Shown here piece after piece: positions 29,669 to 40,196 of a stretch of DNA of 64,000 bases; position 1 is the first letter of the stretch; each line of letters starts with the position of its first letter. Origin of the DNA: Nitrospirae bacterium JdFR-81 (GTDB lineage: Bacteria; Nitrospirota; Thermodesulfovibrionia; UBA6902); NCBI GenBank assembly GCA_002011735.1, contig MTOQ01000058.1, positions 91-64,090 on the forward strand, in the 5' to 3' direction. The notes below the pieces were generated by a model. The model was not told where the DNA came from. It saw only the letters and a list, made by a program, of their open reading frames with translations, and ran no database searches. Position numbers and translations under genes: made by a program.

Positions 29669-29765
29669 TCTTATCTCCTGCAGGTGCCTCTACAAGAAGG
29701 ATGAATAAGTACGGTCATCCCACCGAAAGGATTTACTGAGACAGATCTATTTTAGGGTAAATACC

Positions 29766-31862
29766 CTAACCACCCTTTTCCAATTCCCCTATGAATACCT
29801 CTACAACACGGGGGTCGAACTGTGTGCCAGAACACCTCTTGAGCTCCTCTATGGCCCTCTCTCTACCAGGTGTCCTGCGGTAGGGTCTTTCAGCGGTCAT
29901 TGAGTCGAATGTGTCTGCTACAGCCAGTATCCTGGAATGGAGGGGGATATCCTCTCCCTTAAGCCCCTCTGGATACCCCTTTCCATCCCACCTTTCGTGG
30001 TGGTGTCTTATCCAGGGGATAATGTGTCTTAGCTGTCTTATTGGTGAGAGAAGACGGGCGGACTTCTCAGGGTGTGCCTTGACAACCTCGTATTCCTCAT
30101 CTGTGAGTCTGCCTGGCTTGTCAAGCAGGGCATCATATGTGCCTATCTTGCCTATGTCGTGGAGCAGACCCGCAATCCTGAGGTCCTCAAGCTCCCTCTC
30201 ATCCATACCCATGGCCCTCCCTATAATGAGTGCGTATTCTGTAACCCTCTCTGAGTGTCCCCTTGTCCAGGGACTCTTTGTGTCTATCGCCTCTGAGAGT
30301 GCGGTTATGGTGCCGATAAAGAGTTCCCTGAGATCTGTAAACAGCCTTGAGTTTTCAAGTGCAACAGATATCTGTGCAGAGATATTCTCTATGGTAGAGA
30401 TATCTTCAGGGGAAAAGGCAGATGGTCTCCTTGATGCGATTATCAATACCCCTATACCCTCATCCTTTATAATCAAGGGATAGCAGATGAGTGATTGCAG
30501 GCCCTCCTCAAGCATCATCTCCATCATGTGGCATCGGTTCAGCGGTTCTTTGAGGTCAGGTCTGTAGCTGACCCTCCCGTGTTCTATCACACCACATATC
30601 TCATTCGCCTCGGCCCTTGCAAACATCTTCTTCTCTATTGATTCAAGACCAAAGCCTGCCTCATACTGGAAGCATCCGCTCTCCTTGCTGCTGAGGATTA
30701 TGGCAGAGGCATCACAATTGACAACCACCTTTCTTATCATCCTCACGGCGGTGTTTAATATCTCCCTCCTGTCGAGTGTTGAGAGCACAGACCTGTCGAT
30801 CTCATGCATCACCTGTATGGTCTCTATCTTGCGGGAGAGCTCCATGGTCTTCTCTATGGACTCCTTATAAAGGTTCGCCTCCTCAAGGGCTATGGAGACC
30901 TGATTTGATATCCCCCTCATGATGATATAGTCCCTCTCCTCAAACGCCCTATCCTCTCTGTAGGCATTCAGTATCAGACCCAACAACCGCCTCCTGCCCT
31001 TCAACGGGATGAAGGAGATAGACCTGTAATCCTTCAGCCATGCAAGTGGTGCAAGGGGCTGTATATCACCGTTGATCACCTTGATCTCAATGGATTCAGG
31101 CCCATGAAATCCAAGCCTCCTCAATGCGTCTATGGCGAGCGTCTCTGTCCTGAATGTGGCCTTCAGATCATGTGTCAGGCCTGAGGAGCTCCGTGGGCGG
31201 AGGACCTTGTATTCATCATCCCACAGATAGAAGAGGCAGGCGTCACAGTCCATGATCCTTCTGACATTATCCACCGTCAGCTTCATAAGGGCATCCATGT
31301 TTGTCGTCCGTGCAGTGGCCTCGGTGAGGGTGAGGAGGCTCGTGGAGATATCCCTCTCAAGCCTTATCCGCTCCTCTGCCCTCTTCTCCTCGGTGATGTC
31401 CTCCATGATATGGAATGAGTGGAGTAGTCTGCCCTCGGTATCATATACAGGATAATACCTGACCTTAAAGACCTTCCCACCAATTGTCATCTCCTCCTCT
31501 TCTTCCCTGCCTGTCTCAAGGGCCCTGATGCACGCTGCCGACGGTCCGTCCATCCTTGGAAATATCTCATAGTATGGCCTTCCTATGATACTTATATAAT
31601 CCATACCTGCATGTTCTCTATAGGCCCTGTTTGCCCGTATGATCCTGAAGTCTCTGTCGTGCATGATAATGGGGTCTGATATCCTGTCGAATGTGAGCTC
31701 CCAGTCCTTCTTTGCCTGCTCAAGCCTCTCTGTGGACTCATTCAGATCCTCAAGCATATAGAGCATGGCGGTGCGTGTCTCTTCGAGGTCGCGTTCCCTC
31801 TCCTTTGCCTTCTCAAGCTCTCTCCTGAGCTCCTGGATTATCCTGTCCTTGTCAAGCTCCAC
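29766..31862 (-). CDS. Coiled-coil, PAS, GAF, GAF, HD-GYP phosphodiesterase
   Basis: A C-terminal HD-GYP domain (HDIGKIGT...HHERWDGKGYPEGL) and an N-terminal coiled coil. Confidence 0.75.
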   Translation of the reverse strand: MELDKDRIIQELRRELEKAKERERDLEETRTAMLYMLEDLNESTERLEQAKKDWELTFDRISDPIIMHDRDFRIIRANRAYREHAGMDYISIIGRPYYEIFPRMDGPSAACIRALETGREEEEEMTIGGKVFKVRYYPVYDTEGRLLHSFHIMEDITEEKRAEERIRLERDISTSLLTLTEATARTTNMDALMKLTVDNVRRIMDCDACLFYLWDDEYKVLRPRSSSGLTHDLKATFRTETLAIDALRRLGFHGPESIEIKVINGDIQPLAPLAWLKDYRSISFIPLKGRRRLLGLILNAYREDRAFEERDYIIMRGISNQVSIALEEANLYKESIEKTMELSRKIETIQVMHEIDRSVLSTLDRREILNTAVRMIRKVVVNCDASAIILSSKESGCFQYEAGFGLESIEKKMFARAEANEICGVIEHGRVSYRPDLKEPLNRCHMMEMMLEEGLQSLICYPLIIKDEGIGVLIIASRRPSAFSPEDISTIENISAQISVALENSRLFTDLRELFIGTITALSEAIDTKSPWTRGHSERVTEYALIIGRAMGMDERELEDLRIAGLLHDIGKIGTYDALLDKPGRLTDEEYEVVKAHPEKSARLLSPIRQLRHIIPWIRHHHERWDGKGYPEGLKGEDIPLHSRILAVADTFDSMTAERPYRRTPGRERAIEELKRCSGTQFDPRVVEVFIGELEKGG

Positions 31863-33411
31863 CCTTGTCCCTCAACCTCCTGAGTTCTGTCTCAAGGTCC
31901 CTGACCCTCTCCTGCAATTCCCTTATCCTGAACTCCCTCTTTATGGTGGCCCTCCTGAACCTCTCAAGTTCATTCAACCTCTCCTTGAGGCTTTCCTCTG
32001 TCTCGCTCCTATAGATCGCAACCCCTAATATGTCTGCTGCTGTCCTCAGGGCATCGATCTCTATTATTGACCATTCCCTCTCCTGTCTGCACTCATCGAA
32101 ACCCATGAACCCCCACCATCTGTCCTTCACAAATATGGGCATGGCAAGGATGGACTTGATATCCTGTGCCTTCAAGACCTCCTGCTCAGCCCCTGGAAAG
32201 TCCTTTATATTTCCATATACCGGCTCTCCCTTCTGCATTATATCTACCCACCTATGAAATCCCTTCTCCTCTGCCGGGAAGTCCTGTAGTTCGGGGTTAT
32301 CTATCTGTGGCTCGACGCCCTCTGCTACCCATTCGAAGAGCTGACTACAGAGGAGCCTTCCATCTTCAGAGGTGTGACTCTTGAATATATACACCCGACT
32401 CACATCACTTGCTATGCCAATGCGCTGGAGTATCCCATTGATGTTCCTATCCCATGGGCCTGGCCTCAGGAACTCCTCTGCTGCAAACCTCACGGACTCA
32501 AGGATCGCCTCACGCCTCCTCATGGCCCTCTCAGCCATCACACGCTCTGTGACATCGCGGAGATTGACAAGCACCATCACGCCCTCGTCCCAGGGCACGA
32601 GGTTCACCGTCATATCCATTGGACAGATACTGCCATCAGACCTGAGGAACTCCACCGATTCAAGCACGGTCTTCTGGACCCTGACCTCTCTGGTGAGGTC
32701 TTCAAATGTCAGGGGTGTTGAGGGGCTGAGGAGGATCGAGAAGGGCTTTCCTATGAGGGTCTCCTCAAAATAACCGAGCAGCCTGAAGGTGGTCCTGTTT
32801 GCAGACCTTATGATACCTGATGGGCTCACTATCATTAATACATCAGGTGAGTTGTTAAAGATGGCCCTCAACTTTGCCTCTGACTCAAGCACCGCCCTCT
32901 CTGAATCCTTTCGCTGGATTATGCCTGACAGTGTGTTGGCCACAGCCATTAGGAAGTCCCTCTCTCTTTGTGATTCCCTGTGTCCCTCCTCAAGGTATAT
33001 ATTTATCACCCCTTTCACCCTCTCCCTGTATAGGATAGGGACACAGTAATGGCCATGCGGAGTGACCCCCGAGAATGGAGGTGAATGATCCTGATGAAGG
33101 GAATCGGTAAACTGTATCTCCTTTGTGGCAGCGGTAAGCCCACAGAGGCAGCTACCGAACCTTACCCGTGAACACCTCTGCCTTATCTCCTCGGGCAGGC
33201 CCCTTTGAGCCTTCATTATCAATACCCCTTCCTCGGCAACGAATATCGCACCCTTTGGCTGGAATGTAAGCCACTCAACAGAGAGTATCTCTTCAAGGGC
33301 CCTGTCCAGTACCTCCTCGAGTGAGAGGTCCTCAAGTGAGAGCCTCAGGAGGTTGCCAAGGACCTCCTGGATGTTATGCTGGCCCTTGACCTCATGGTGT
33401 TCATCCCTCAT
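31852..33411 (-). CDS. GAF/PAS sensor-domain protein with a C-terminal coiled coil and no output domain
   Basis: PAS/GAF-like segments only. It ends ...LNELERFRRATIKREFRIRELQERVRDLETELRRLR. It overlaps the upstream gene by ATGA and the downstream gene by 11 nt. Confidence 0.6.
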   Translation of the reverse strand: MRDEHHEVKGQHNIQEVLGNLLRLSLEDLSLEEVLDRALEEILSVEWLTFQPKGAIFVAEEGVLIMKAQRGLPEEIRQRCSRVRFGSCLCGLTAATKEIQFTDSLHQDHSPPFSGVTPHGHYCVPILYRERVKGVINIYLEEGHRESQRERDFLMAVANTLSGIIQRKDSERAVLESEAKLRAIFNNSPDVLMIVSPSGIIRSANRTTFRLLGYFEETLIGKPFSILLSPSTPLTFEDLTREVRVQKTVLESVEFLRSDGSICPMDMTVNLVPWDEGVMVLVNLRDVTERVMAERAMRRREAILESVRFAAEEFLRPGPWDRNINGILQRIGIASDVSRVYIFKSHTSEDGRLLCSQLFEWVAEGVEPQIDNPELQDFPAEEKGFHRWVDIMQKGEPVYGNIKDFPGAEQEVLKAQDIKSILAMPIFVKDRWWGFMGFDECRQEREWSIIEIDALRTAADILGVAIYRSETEESLKERLNELERFRRATIKREFRIRELQERVRDLETELRRLRDKGGA

Positions 33412-34313
33412 CCCCTCAACCTCCTGAGTTCCTCCTCAAGATCCTTTATCCTCCTCCTCAACTCCTCCATCCTCAACTCCCTCTTCACCGTAACCTTTCT
33501 GAACCTCTCAAGCTCGTCCACCCTCTTCCTCAGCTCCTCCTCCGCCTTCTTCCTGGTGGTGATATCCGTGAGGCTTATGAGAGCAATGGCACCTTCCTTT
33601 CTGCGATCTATCAGTGAGACCTCTGCAAGGAACGTCATGGCGTCCTCATCCACTCCAGAAACACCTGCCCCCTCATTACACACAGGGGGGAGCGTTACCT
33701 CCCTCCTCTGACATTCAAGCGTCTTGAAACACCTGAACAGCTCCCTTTTGAGTATATCCACAACATCCCTTGGCTTTATAGGGATATGCGACTTATCGGG
33801 GCCTATATTTGTTGAGAGTATCTCATATCTATCATTGAGGATTATAAGGACCGCTGGAACCGCTGCCACTATACCTTCTATGAACTCCTTCTGGGCCTGG
33901 GTGGTCTTGATGGCGTGTTCAAGCTCACCGGCCATCCTGTTAAAGCCCTGGGTCAACTGCCCTATCTCGTCATCAGAGGTGTAGTCTATCCTCGTATCCA
34001 GCCTCCCGTTTGCCAGTCTGTTGACCACCTCATTTAACCTCTTTATCGGATCCGTTATCTTTCTTGAGATCAATATCGAGATAAAAAGGACCAGAAGGCA
34101 TCCAAGGATTGTAAGACCTGAACTGAGGGATATGAAGCGAGACGATATGTTCTTTATCATCTCGGCATTCAACTGCTCTGCGGTGAGGCTCTCCTTTAAG
34201 ACATACTGAAAGGACAGGTTGATGAGTATACCACCGATTACTATTATCATGAAGAAGGATATGATGATCTTGTTCCTGAGGCTTGAGGCCGGCTGTTTCA
34301 CATCGTTCTGCAT
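33408..34313 (-). CDS. Membrane HAMP, PAS protein with a C-terminal coiled coil and no output domain
   Basis: An N-terminal TM pair, a HAMP-like segment (RLNEVVNRLANGRLD) and a PAS-like core. It ends ...VDELERFRKVTVKRELRMEELRRRIKDLEEELRRLRG. Confidence 0.6.
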   Translation of the reverse strand: MQNDVKQPASSLRNKIIISFFMIIVIGGILINLSFQYVLKESLTAEQLNAEMIKNISSRFISLSSGLTILGCLLVLFISILISRKITDPIKRLNEVVNRLANGRLDTRIDYTSDDEIGQLTQGFNRMAGELEHAIKTTQAQKEFIEGIVAAVPAVLIILNDRYEILSTNIGPDKSHIPIKPRDVVDILKRELFRCFKTLECQRREVTLPPVCNEGAGVSGVDEDAMTFLAEVSLIDRRKEGAIALISLTDITTRKKAEEELRKRVDELERFRKVTVKRELRMEELRRRIKDLEEELRRLRG

Positions 34314-34335
34314 TATCAGGTATCCCTTATGACAC

Positions 34336-35358
34336 CTATAAACTCAGTGTCCTGAGCAGATTATATCCTATGAAGAAGACGACCATGGCGGAGAAAAACC
34401 CCGTAAATGCCATTATCAGGGCCTTTGCACCATTGTTACTGAATAACCCCCTTATATCCGCATTGAGGCCTATGGCCGAGAGGGCGATTGACCAAGACAC
34501 CACATGGACGGGACGGATAAAGGGGATCATGATCTCGCTGTAGAGGTATTCATCGTATCTGGAGATCAATGTCCCTGCTATACCAGGGATGAGGAATATC
34601 CAGAGCACCAGTGGTATCTGGAACCTGCCCTTTATCATGCTTGCAAAGATGGGTATTGAGATGAGCAGGCCGAGGTATCTAACGGCCTTAACAGAGAGGG
34701 CCAGTGACAGGAGCCCCTCACCTGACATCACCCTCTCCAGATAAGGGATATTACCGACCGCTATCCTTATGAAACCGGTGAATTGCAGGACCATACCAGA
34801 GAGTATCCCGTAGGATCTGTCCGTCATGCCTGATATGGTTGCGATAAATGGGAAGATTATGAACAGGGCGGTCATGGCTGTGATGGTCACAGACAGCAAT
34901 GATATGGATACATCGTCAGGCTCTGCGTCCACTGCAGGCGATGTTATGACGATTGCAGAGGCACCACAGATGGCAGAGCCGTTGGCGATGAGGTAGGTTA
35001 TCTCCCGCTTCTGTCCCAACACCCTCCCTGATATGATTATGGATAGAAAGTAGACAGCCATCACGAGCAGGAGCAGGATGGCCATATCAAGGTGCACCTC
35101 TGCAAATCTCGTAAAATTCAGGTTATGGGCAGAGTAAAGGACCAGCCCGATCGGTATAAATACCCTTGTCGGAAGACTCAATCCCCCCTCTATATCTCCA
35201 ATATCAGGGAAGAGTGCCCTCACCATGATCCCGAGGATGAGAGAGACAACCAGCGGGTCTATCAGGGGAGAGTTCACCAAGATATGTATCCCATAGCCAC
35301 CTGCACCTATTATGGCTGCAAGTATTAGTCTAACAAGCTCTTTATGGTTGGTCTCCAT
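34336..35358 (-). CDS. Polytopic membrane protein, possibly YeiH/UPF0324-family transporter
   Basis: About 10 TM helices and a GSAICGASA motif. The family assignment is tentative. Confidence 0.4.
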   Translation of the reverse strand: METNHKELVRLILAAIIGAGGYGIHILVNSPLIDPLVVSLILGIMVRALFPDIGDIEGGLSLPTRVFIPIGLVLYSAHNLNFTRFAEVHLDMAILLLLVMAVYFLSIIISGRVLGQKREITYLIANGSAICGASAIVITSPAVDAEPDDVSISLLSVTITAMTALFIIFPFIATISGMTDRSYGILSGMVLQFTGFIRIAVGNIPYLERVMSGEGLLSLALSVKAVRYLGLLISIPIFASMIKGRFQIPLVLWIFLIPGIAGTLISRYDEYLYSEIMIPFIRPVHVVSWSIALSAIGLNADIRGLFSNNGAKALIMAFTGFFSAMVVFFIGYNLLRTLSL

Positions 35359-35525
35359 ATCCCGTGCCTCAGTAATTCGTAAAACACTTTTACCCCTGTA
35401 TTATTTAATTATATATGCCTTTACAGAAAAAGCAAGAAGATTTTTCCAGGCCTTTCCACCCCTTGATAAAATCCTGCCTTAAAGGTTATAGTAGCAGGAT
35501 TTAAAATAAGAATGGAGGTTATACA

Positions 35526-35867
35526 ATGTTTCCAGATATAGCATATGCAATGGCAGGCCCTGGAGGTGGTGGTGAGGCAGGGCCACAGGGAGGACTTGCT
35601 GCATTCTCCTCCTTCCTTCCCCTTATCCTGATATTCGTCATCTTCTATTTCCTCCTCATAAGACCCCAGTCGAAGAAGGCAAAGGAGCACAAACAGATGC
35701 TCGAGAGTCTCAAGAAGGGAGACAAGGTTATGACCAGTGGTGGCATACTCGGTGTTATAGAGGACATCGATGGTGATATAGTGACCTTGAAGGTGGGGGT
35801 AAAGGACGATGTAAGGATAAGGATAAACCGGAATTATATCGCTGCCTTGAGGGGTAAGGAGGGATGA
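35526..35867 (+). CDS. yajC: Preprotein translocase subunit YajC
   Basis: A single TM segment and the [32 protein letters not shown] signature, upstream of secDF. Confidence 0.8.
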   Translation: MFPDIAYAMAGPGGGGEAGPQGGLAAFSSFLPLILIFVIFYFLLIRPQSKKAKEHKQMLESLKKGDKVMTSGGILGVIEDIDGDIVTLKVGVKDDVRIRINRNYIAALRGKEG

Positions 35868-37477
35868 AGAAGAGGTTCTTCTGGAGGGTCCTTGCCATCT
35901 CGGTTGCAACGATCCTTTCAATAATCCTCTTCCTCCCCACCACCAGGCTACGCCCTTCCCTTCCTGAATGGTTGCAGAAGTATGGCCTCACCCTTGGATT
36001 AGACCTTCAGGGTGGTATCCATCTTGTCTATGAGGTGGACGGTGACAAGGCGGTCGATATCACCACAGAGCGTATAGCCATGAGTCTGGAGAATATCCTC
36101 CGTGACAGGGACATCAAGGCCGAGATAAAGAAGGAAGGCCTTGATATCAGAATCACCCCTGCTGATGAGAAGATAAAGGATGCCGTGGCGGATAATTATC
36201 CAAACCTTGAACTCATAAACCAGTCTGGAGAAACGCTCGTCTACCGTCTGAGTGACAGGGAGATCAATAATATAAAGAGACTCGCCGTTGAACAGGCCCT
36301 TGAGACCATACGTAACAGGGTTGACCAGTTCGGTGTTGCGGAGCCGACCATACACACACAGGGGTCAAACGAGATAGTCGTCCAGCTTCCAGGGATAAAG
36401 GATGCAAAGAGGGCCATAGCACTTGTGGGTAAGACCGCTATACTGGAGTTCAAGCTGGTCGATGATGAATCACCCATTGCTGCACAACTGCCTGAGACGA
36501 TCAGGGCAGGTGAGGAGGAGAAGCTGATCAAGGAGTTCAGCGATAAGATCCCAGAGGATGATGAGATCCTCTTTGGAAGGGTGGTTGAAAAGGGCACCGG
36601 AAGGGTCTTTAAAAGGGTCTATCTATTGAAGAAGCAGACCCTCATGACCGGTGACTTTATCAAGGAGGCAAGGGTCAACATAGACCAGAGGTTTAATGAG
36701 CCATATGTTGGCCTCTCCTTTAATTCTGCTGGGGCAAAGCTCTTTGAGGAGATCACGGCAAACAATGTAAAGAAGAGGCTCGCTATAATACTTGACAACA
36801 ATGTCTATTCCGCACCAGTGATACAGGAGAGGATAGCCGGTGGGAACGCACAGATAACGGGAACATTCACCATGGATGAGGCAAAGGACCTTGCCATAGT
36901 CCTGAGGTCAGGTTCTCTGCCCGCACCGCTCAAGATGCTCCAGAATGTTACAGTGGGCCCATCCCTTGGGAAAGACTCCATTCAGGCAGGCATAAAGGCA
37001 GGTATCATAGCTTCGCTTCTTGTCATAGTCTTCATGGTAGTCTACTACAGGCTCTCAGGTGTCATAGCAGATTTTGCCCTTGTCCTCAATATCATATTCC
37101 TCCTTGGTGTGCTCTCTGCCTTCAGGGCAACCCTCACGCTGCCTGGCATAGCAGGGATAATCCTTGCCGTTGGTATGGCCGTGGACAGTAATGTCCTCAT
37201 GTTCGAGAGGATAAGAGAGGAACTGAGGCTGGGGAAGACACCAAGGGCAGCCATTGATTCAGGCTATGACAAGGCATTCTGGACGATCTTTGACTCCCAT
37301 GTAACCACATTGATCACAGCGGTCGTCCTCTTCCAGTTCGGGACAGGTCCGATAAAGGGGTTTGCAGTGACCCTTGGCTGGGGTGTGTTCATCAACCTGT
37401 TCACAGCGCTCATAGGGACAAAGACCGTCTTTGACCTCATAATCTCGAGAAAGGAGCTGAAGAGGCTTAGTATATGA
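35864..37477 (+). CDS. secD: Protein translocase subunit SecD
   Basis: A large periplasmic domain and a C-terminal 6-TM bundle. It overlaps yajC and secF by 4 nt each. Confidence 0.9.
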   Translation: MKKRFFWRVLAISVATILSIILFLPTTRLRPSLPEWLQKYGLTLGLDLQGGIHLVYEVDGDKAVDITTERIAMSLENILRDRDIKAEIKKEGLDIRITPADEKIKDAVADNYPNLELINQSGETLVYRLSDREINNIKRLAVEQALETIRNRVDQFGVAEPTIHTQGSNEIVVQLPGIKDAKRAIALVGKTAILEFKLVDDESPIAAQLPETIRAGEEEKLIKEFSDKIPEDDEILFGRVVEKGTGRVFKRVYLLKKQTLMTGDFIKEARVNIDQRFNEPYVGLSFNSAGAKLFEEITANNVKKRLAIILDNNVYSAPVIQERIAGGNAQITGTFTMDEAKDLAIVLRSGSLPAPLKMLQNVTVGPSLGKDSIQAGIKAGIIASLLVIVFMVVYYRLSGVIADFALVLNIIFLLGVLSAFRATLTLPGIAGIILAVGMAVDSNVLMFERIREELRLGKTPRAAIDSGYDKAFWTIFDSHVTTLITAVVLFQFGTGPIKGFAVTLGWGVFINLFTALIGTKTVFDLIISRKELKRLSI

Positions 37478-38391
37478 TGGAGCTACTCAAGAAGAGGCCA
37501 CAGATAGACTTCATGGGCAAGCGCTATATCTCCCTCACATTCTCTGCGCTGCTGATGATCCTCGGCATTATAGCCATAATCCAGATCGGAAGGGGGAAGG
37601 CAAACCTCGGTATTGACTTTGCAGGTGGCACAGCGGTCCAGATAAAGTTCAATAACACGGTTCCCCTGAGTGATATAAGGAACGCCCTGATCGAGGGGGG
37701 GGTGACCGACTTCGACCTTCAGGACCTCTTCGCAGAGAACAAGGTGCTCATCAGGGTGAAGAAGGGAGAGGAGAGGCTCGGGGGCATATCTGAGAAGATA
37801 GTCTCCATACTTACAGAGAGATTCTCGGATCACAACCCTGTGGTTGACTCAACAACAGAGATAGGCCCGAAGGTCGGCTCAAGACTGAGAAGGGATGCGA
37901 TGTGGGCGATCCTCGCGGCCATAATAGGTATCCTCATATATATAACCGTCAGATTCCAGTTCAGGTTCAGTGTGGGTGCCACACTGGCCACATTCCACGA
38001 CGTCCTCGCAGTCCTTGGCATCTTCTATCTGCTTGGGAAGGAGATAAACCTTATACTCGTCAGTGCACTATTGATGATAGCTGGTTACTCCCTGACAGAC
38101 ACGGTCGTTGTCTTTGACAGGATCAGGGAGAACCTGAGGGCAAGGCGTAAGGAATCGGGCTTCAACATCATAAACCGCAGCATCAACGAGGTCCTCTCAA
38201 GGACCATCATCACATCGGTAACCACATTCTTTGCTGCCTTTGCATTATTCTTCTTCGGTGGAGAGGTGATCCATGACTTTGCCCTGGCGATCATGCTCGG
38301 GATCATCGTCGGGACTTACTCCTCCATGTTTGTTGCAAGCCCGATTGTATATATGCTCGGAAGGGAGAAGGCGCTGAAGAAGAAGAGATAA
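37474..38391 (+). CDS. secF: Protein translocase subunit SecF
   Basis: 305 aa with the SecF layout, following secD. Confidence 0.9.
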   Translation: MMELLKKRPQIDFMGKRYISLTFSALLMILGIIAIIQIGRGKANLGIDFAGGTAVQIKFNNTVPLSDIRNALIEGGVTDFDLQDLFAENKVLIRVKKGEERLGGISEKIVSILTERFSDHNPVVDSTTEIGPKVGSRLRRDAMWAILAAIIGILIYITVRFQFRFSVGATLATFHDVLAVLGIFYLLGKEINLILVSALLMIAGYSLTDTVVVFDRIRENLRARRKESGFNIINRSINEVLSRTIITSVTTFFAAFALFFFGGEVIHDFALAIMLGIIVGTYSSMFVASPIVYMLGREKALKKKR

Positions 38392-40082
38392 TGCACAGGA
38401 GATGGCTTGTAAGAAGGACAAATAGAGAGTTTCTTGAACACCTCTCCAGGAATGCCTCGATCTCAACCACACTCGCCCAGATACTCATAAACAGAGGCAT
38501 TAAAGAGCCTGAGACCGTAAGGTCGTTCCTCTCCCCCTCCATTGATGATCTCCATGACCCATTCCTCCTTAATGGGATGGACAGGGCCGTGGAGAGGATC
38601 AAGAGGGCCAGGGAGAGGGACGAGACGGTATTTATCTATGGTGACTATGATGCAGATGGCATAACAGCCACCGCCCTCCTGCTTTCTGAGTTGAGGAGGA
38701 TAGGTATAAGGGCCTGTTATCACATACCAAACAGGATCACCGAGGGCTATGGAATAAGCAAAAAGGGTATTGAGAAGGCAATGGCGTGTGGTGCAGACCT
38801 CATAATAACAGCAGACTGTGGCATAAGCTCGGGCGATGAGATAGCAGAGATCACTTCCCAGGGAATGGATGTGATCGTCACAGACCACCATGAACCACCC
38901 GAGGAACTGCCTCCTGCCCTGTCAGTGATAAACCCCCACAGGACAGACTCAGCATATCCCTTTAAATACCTCTCAGGAGTGGGTGTCGCCTATAAGCTCA
39001 TCCATGCCCTTGCGATCGGTCTTGGCAGGAGCGGATCAGGGCTGGAGGAATACCTTGACCTTGTCACCATAGGCACGGTTGCCGATTCAGTGCCGCTGAC
39101 AGGTGAAAACAGGGTCTTTGTCACATACGGATTAAAATACCTTAACGATGATTCATGCAGGGTCGGGATAAAGGCACTCAAGGACTCCGCAGGTGTCAGG
39201 AGGGAGATGACCTCAGGTATCCTCTCTTACACACTCATACCAAGGATCAACGCAGCAGGCAGGCTGGATGATGCAACCGGTGTGGTCGAACTCTTCCTTA
39301 CCGATGATGAGGAGAAGGCAGAGGCCATTGCCTCCCTGCTTGAGGAACAGAACAGAGAAAGACAGCGCATAGAGGCAGAGGTCTATGAATCTGCCTGCAG
39401 GATGATCGACCCCGGGAAGCTCGACAGCGCCATTGTGCTTTCAGACCCCTCATGGCATCAGGGTGTGATAGGTATCGTGGCATCCAGGCTTGTTGAGATG
39501 TTCTACAGGCCCGTCTTTCTCTTCTCCCTCAATAACACCATAGCAAAGGGGTCTGCAAGGAGCATCCCACCATTCCATGTTTATAAAGGCATCTCCAGAT
39601 GCTCTGACATACTCCTTGGATACGGAGGCCACAGCCAGGCAGCAGGTCTCAAGCTCCTCATCGACAATCTACCCGTATTTAAAGAGAGGATAAACCGCAT
39701 AGTTGATGAAACGATCTCACCTGATGACCTTGTGCCGGTCCTTGAGATAGACGCGGGTGTAAAACTCTCTGAGGTAAACTTCAGCCTCGTAAGGGAACTC
39801 TCGCTACTTGAACCATTTGGGGAGTCGAACAGGATACCCCTGCTTGGAGCAAAGGGTGTCGAGATAACTGATTACAGGGTTGTGGGCAATGGCCACCTCA
39901 AGATGATGGTGAGACAGAAGAATGTGAGCATAGACACCATAGGCTTCAGCATGGGTGAGCTTATAGACCTCCTTGAGAGCGCAACCACATTTGATATAGT
40001 CTTCACCCCATCGCTTAATGAATATAACGGCACAAAAAGCCTCCAGCTTTACCTCAAGGCGATAAGACCCAGCATCGAATAG
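38391..40082 (+). CDS. recJ: Single-stranded-DNA-specific exonuclease RecJ
   Basis: DHH motifs (GDYDADGITA, DHH), a DHHA1 domain and a C-terminal OB-like region, 563 aa. Confidence 0.85.
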   Translation: MHRRWLVRRTNREFLEHLSRNASISTTLAQILINRGIKEPETVRSFLSPSIDDLHDPFLLNGMDRAVERIKRARERDETVFIYGDYDADGITATALLLSELRRIGIRACYHIPNRITEGYGISKKGIEKAMACGADLIITADCGISSGDEIAEITSQGMDVIVTDHHEPPEELPPALSVINPHRTDSAYPFKYLSGVGVAYKLIHALAIGLGRSGSGLEEYLDLVTIGTVADSVPLTGENRVFVTYGLKYLNDDSCRVGIKALKDSAGVRREMTSGILSYTLIPRINAAGRLDDATGVVELFLTDDEEKAEAIASLLEEQNRERQRIEAEVYESACRMIDPGKLDSAIVLSDPSWHQGVIGIVASRLVEMFYRPVFLFSLNNTIAKGSARSIPPFHVYKGISRCSDILLGYGGHSQAAGLKLLIDNLPVFKERINRIVDETISPDDLVPVLEIDAGVKLSEVNFSLVRELSLLEPFGESNRIPLLGAKGVEITDYRVVGNGHLKMMVRQKNVSIDTIGFSMGELIDLLESATTFDIVFTPSLNEYNGTKSLQLYLKAIRPSIE

Positions 40083-40084
40083 CC

Positions 40085-40196
40085 AGCCCCAAAACTTGCA
40101 CTTCGTAAGTGCAGGAATTAAGGCCTTATAATTTCTATAAAATTTTAAATATAAATTATCCAAAAATTTGCACTTACGAAGTGTAGGGTTTTGGCT
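40085..40196. terminator. Composite inverted repeat / bidirectional terminator between recJ and the convergent hydrolase gene
   Basis: Arms AGCCCCAAAACTTGCACTTCGTAAGTGCA and TGCACTTACGAAGTGTAGGGTTTTGGCT abut both stop codons. Each arm contains a local GCACTT-NNN-AAGTGC hairpin, and about 55 nt of A/T-rich spacer separates them. Confidence 0.5.

Noticed and set aside
35421-35921. 166-aa minus-strand ORF overlapping yajC
   Set aside because: It is an antisense shadow of the yajC/secD start region. yajC has a strong family signature.
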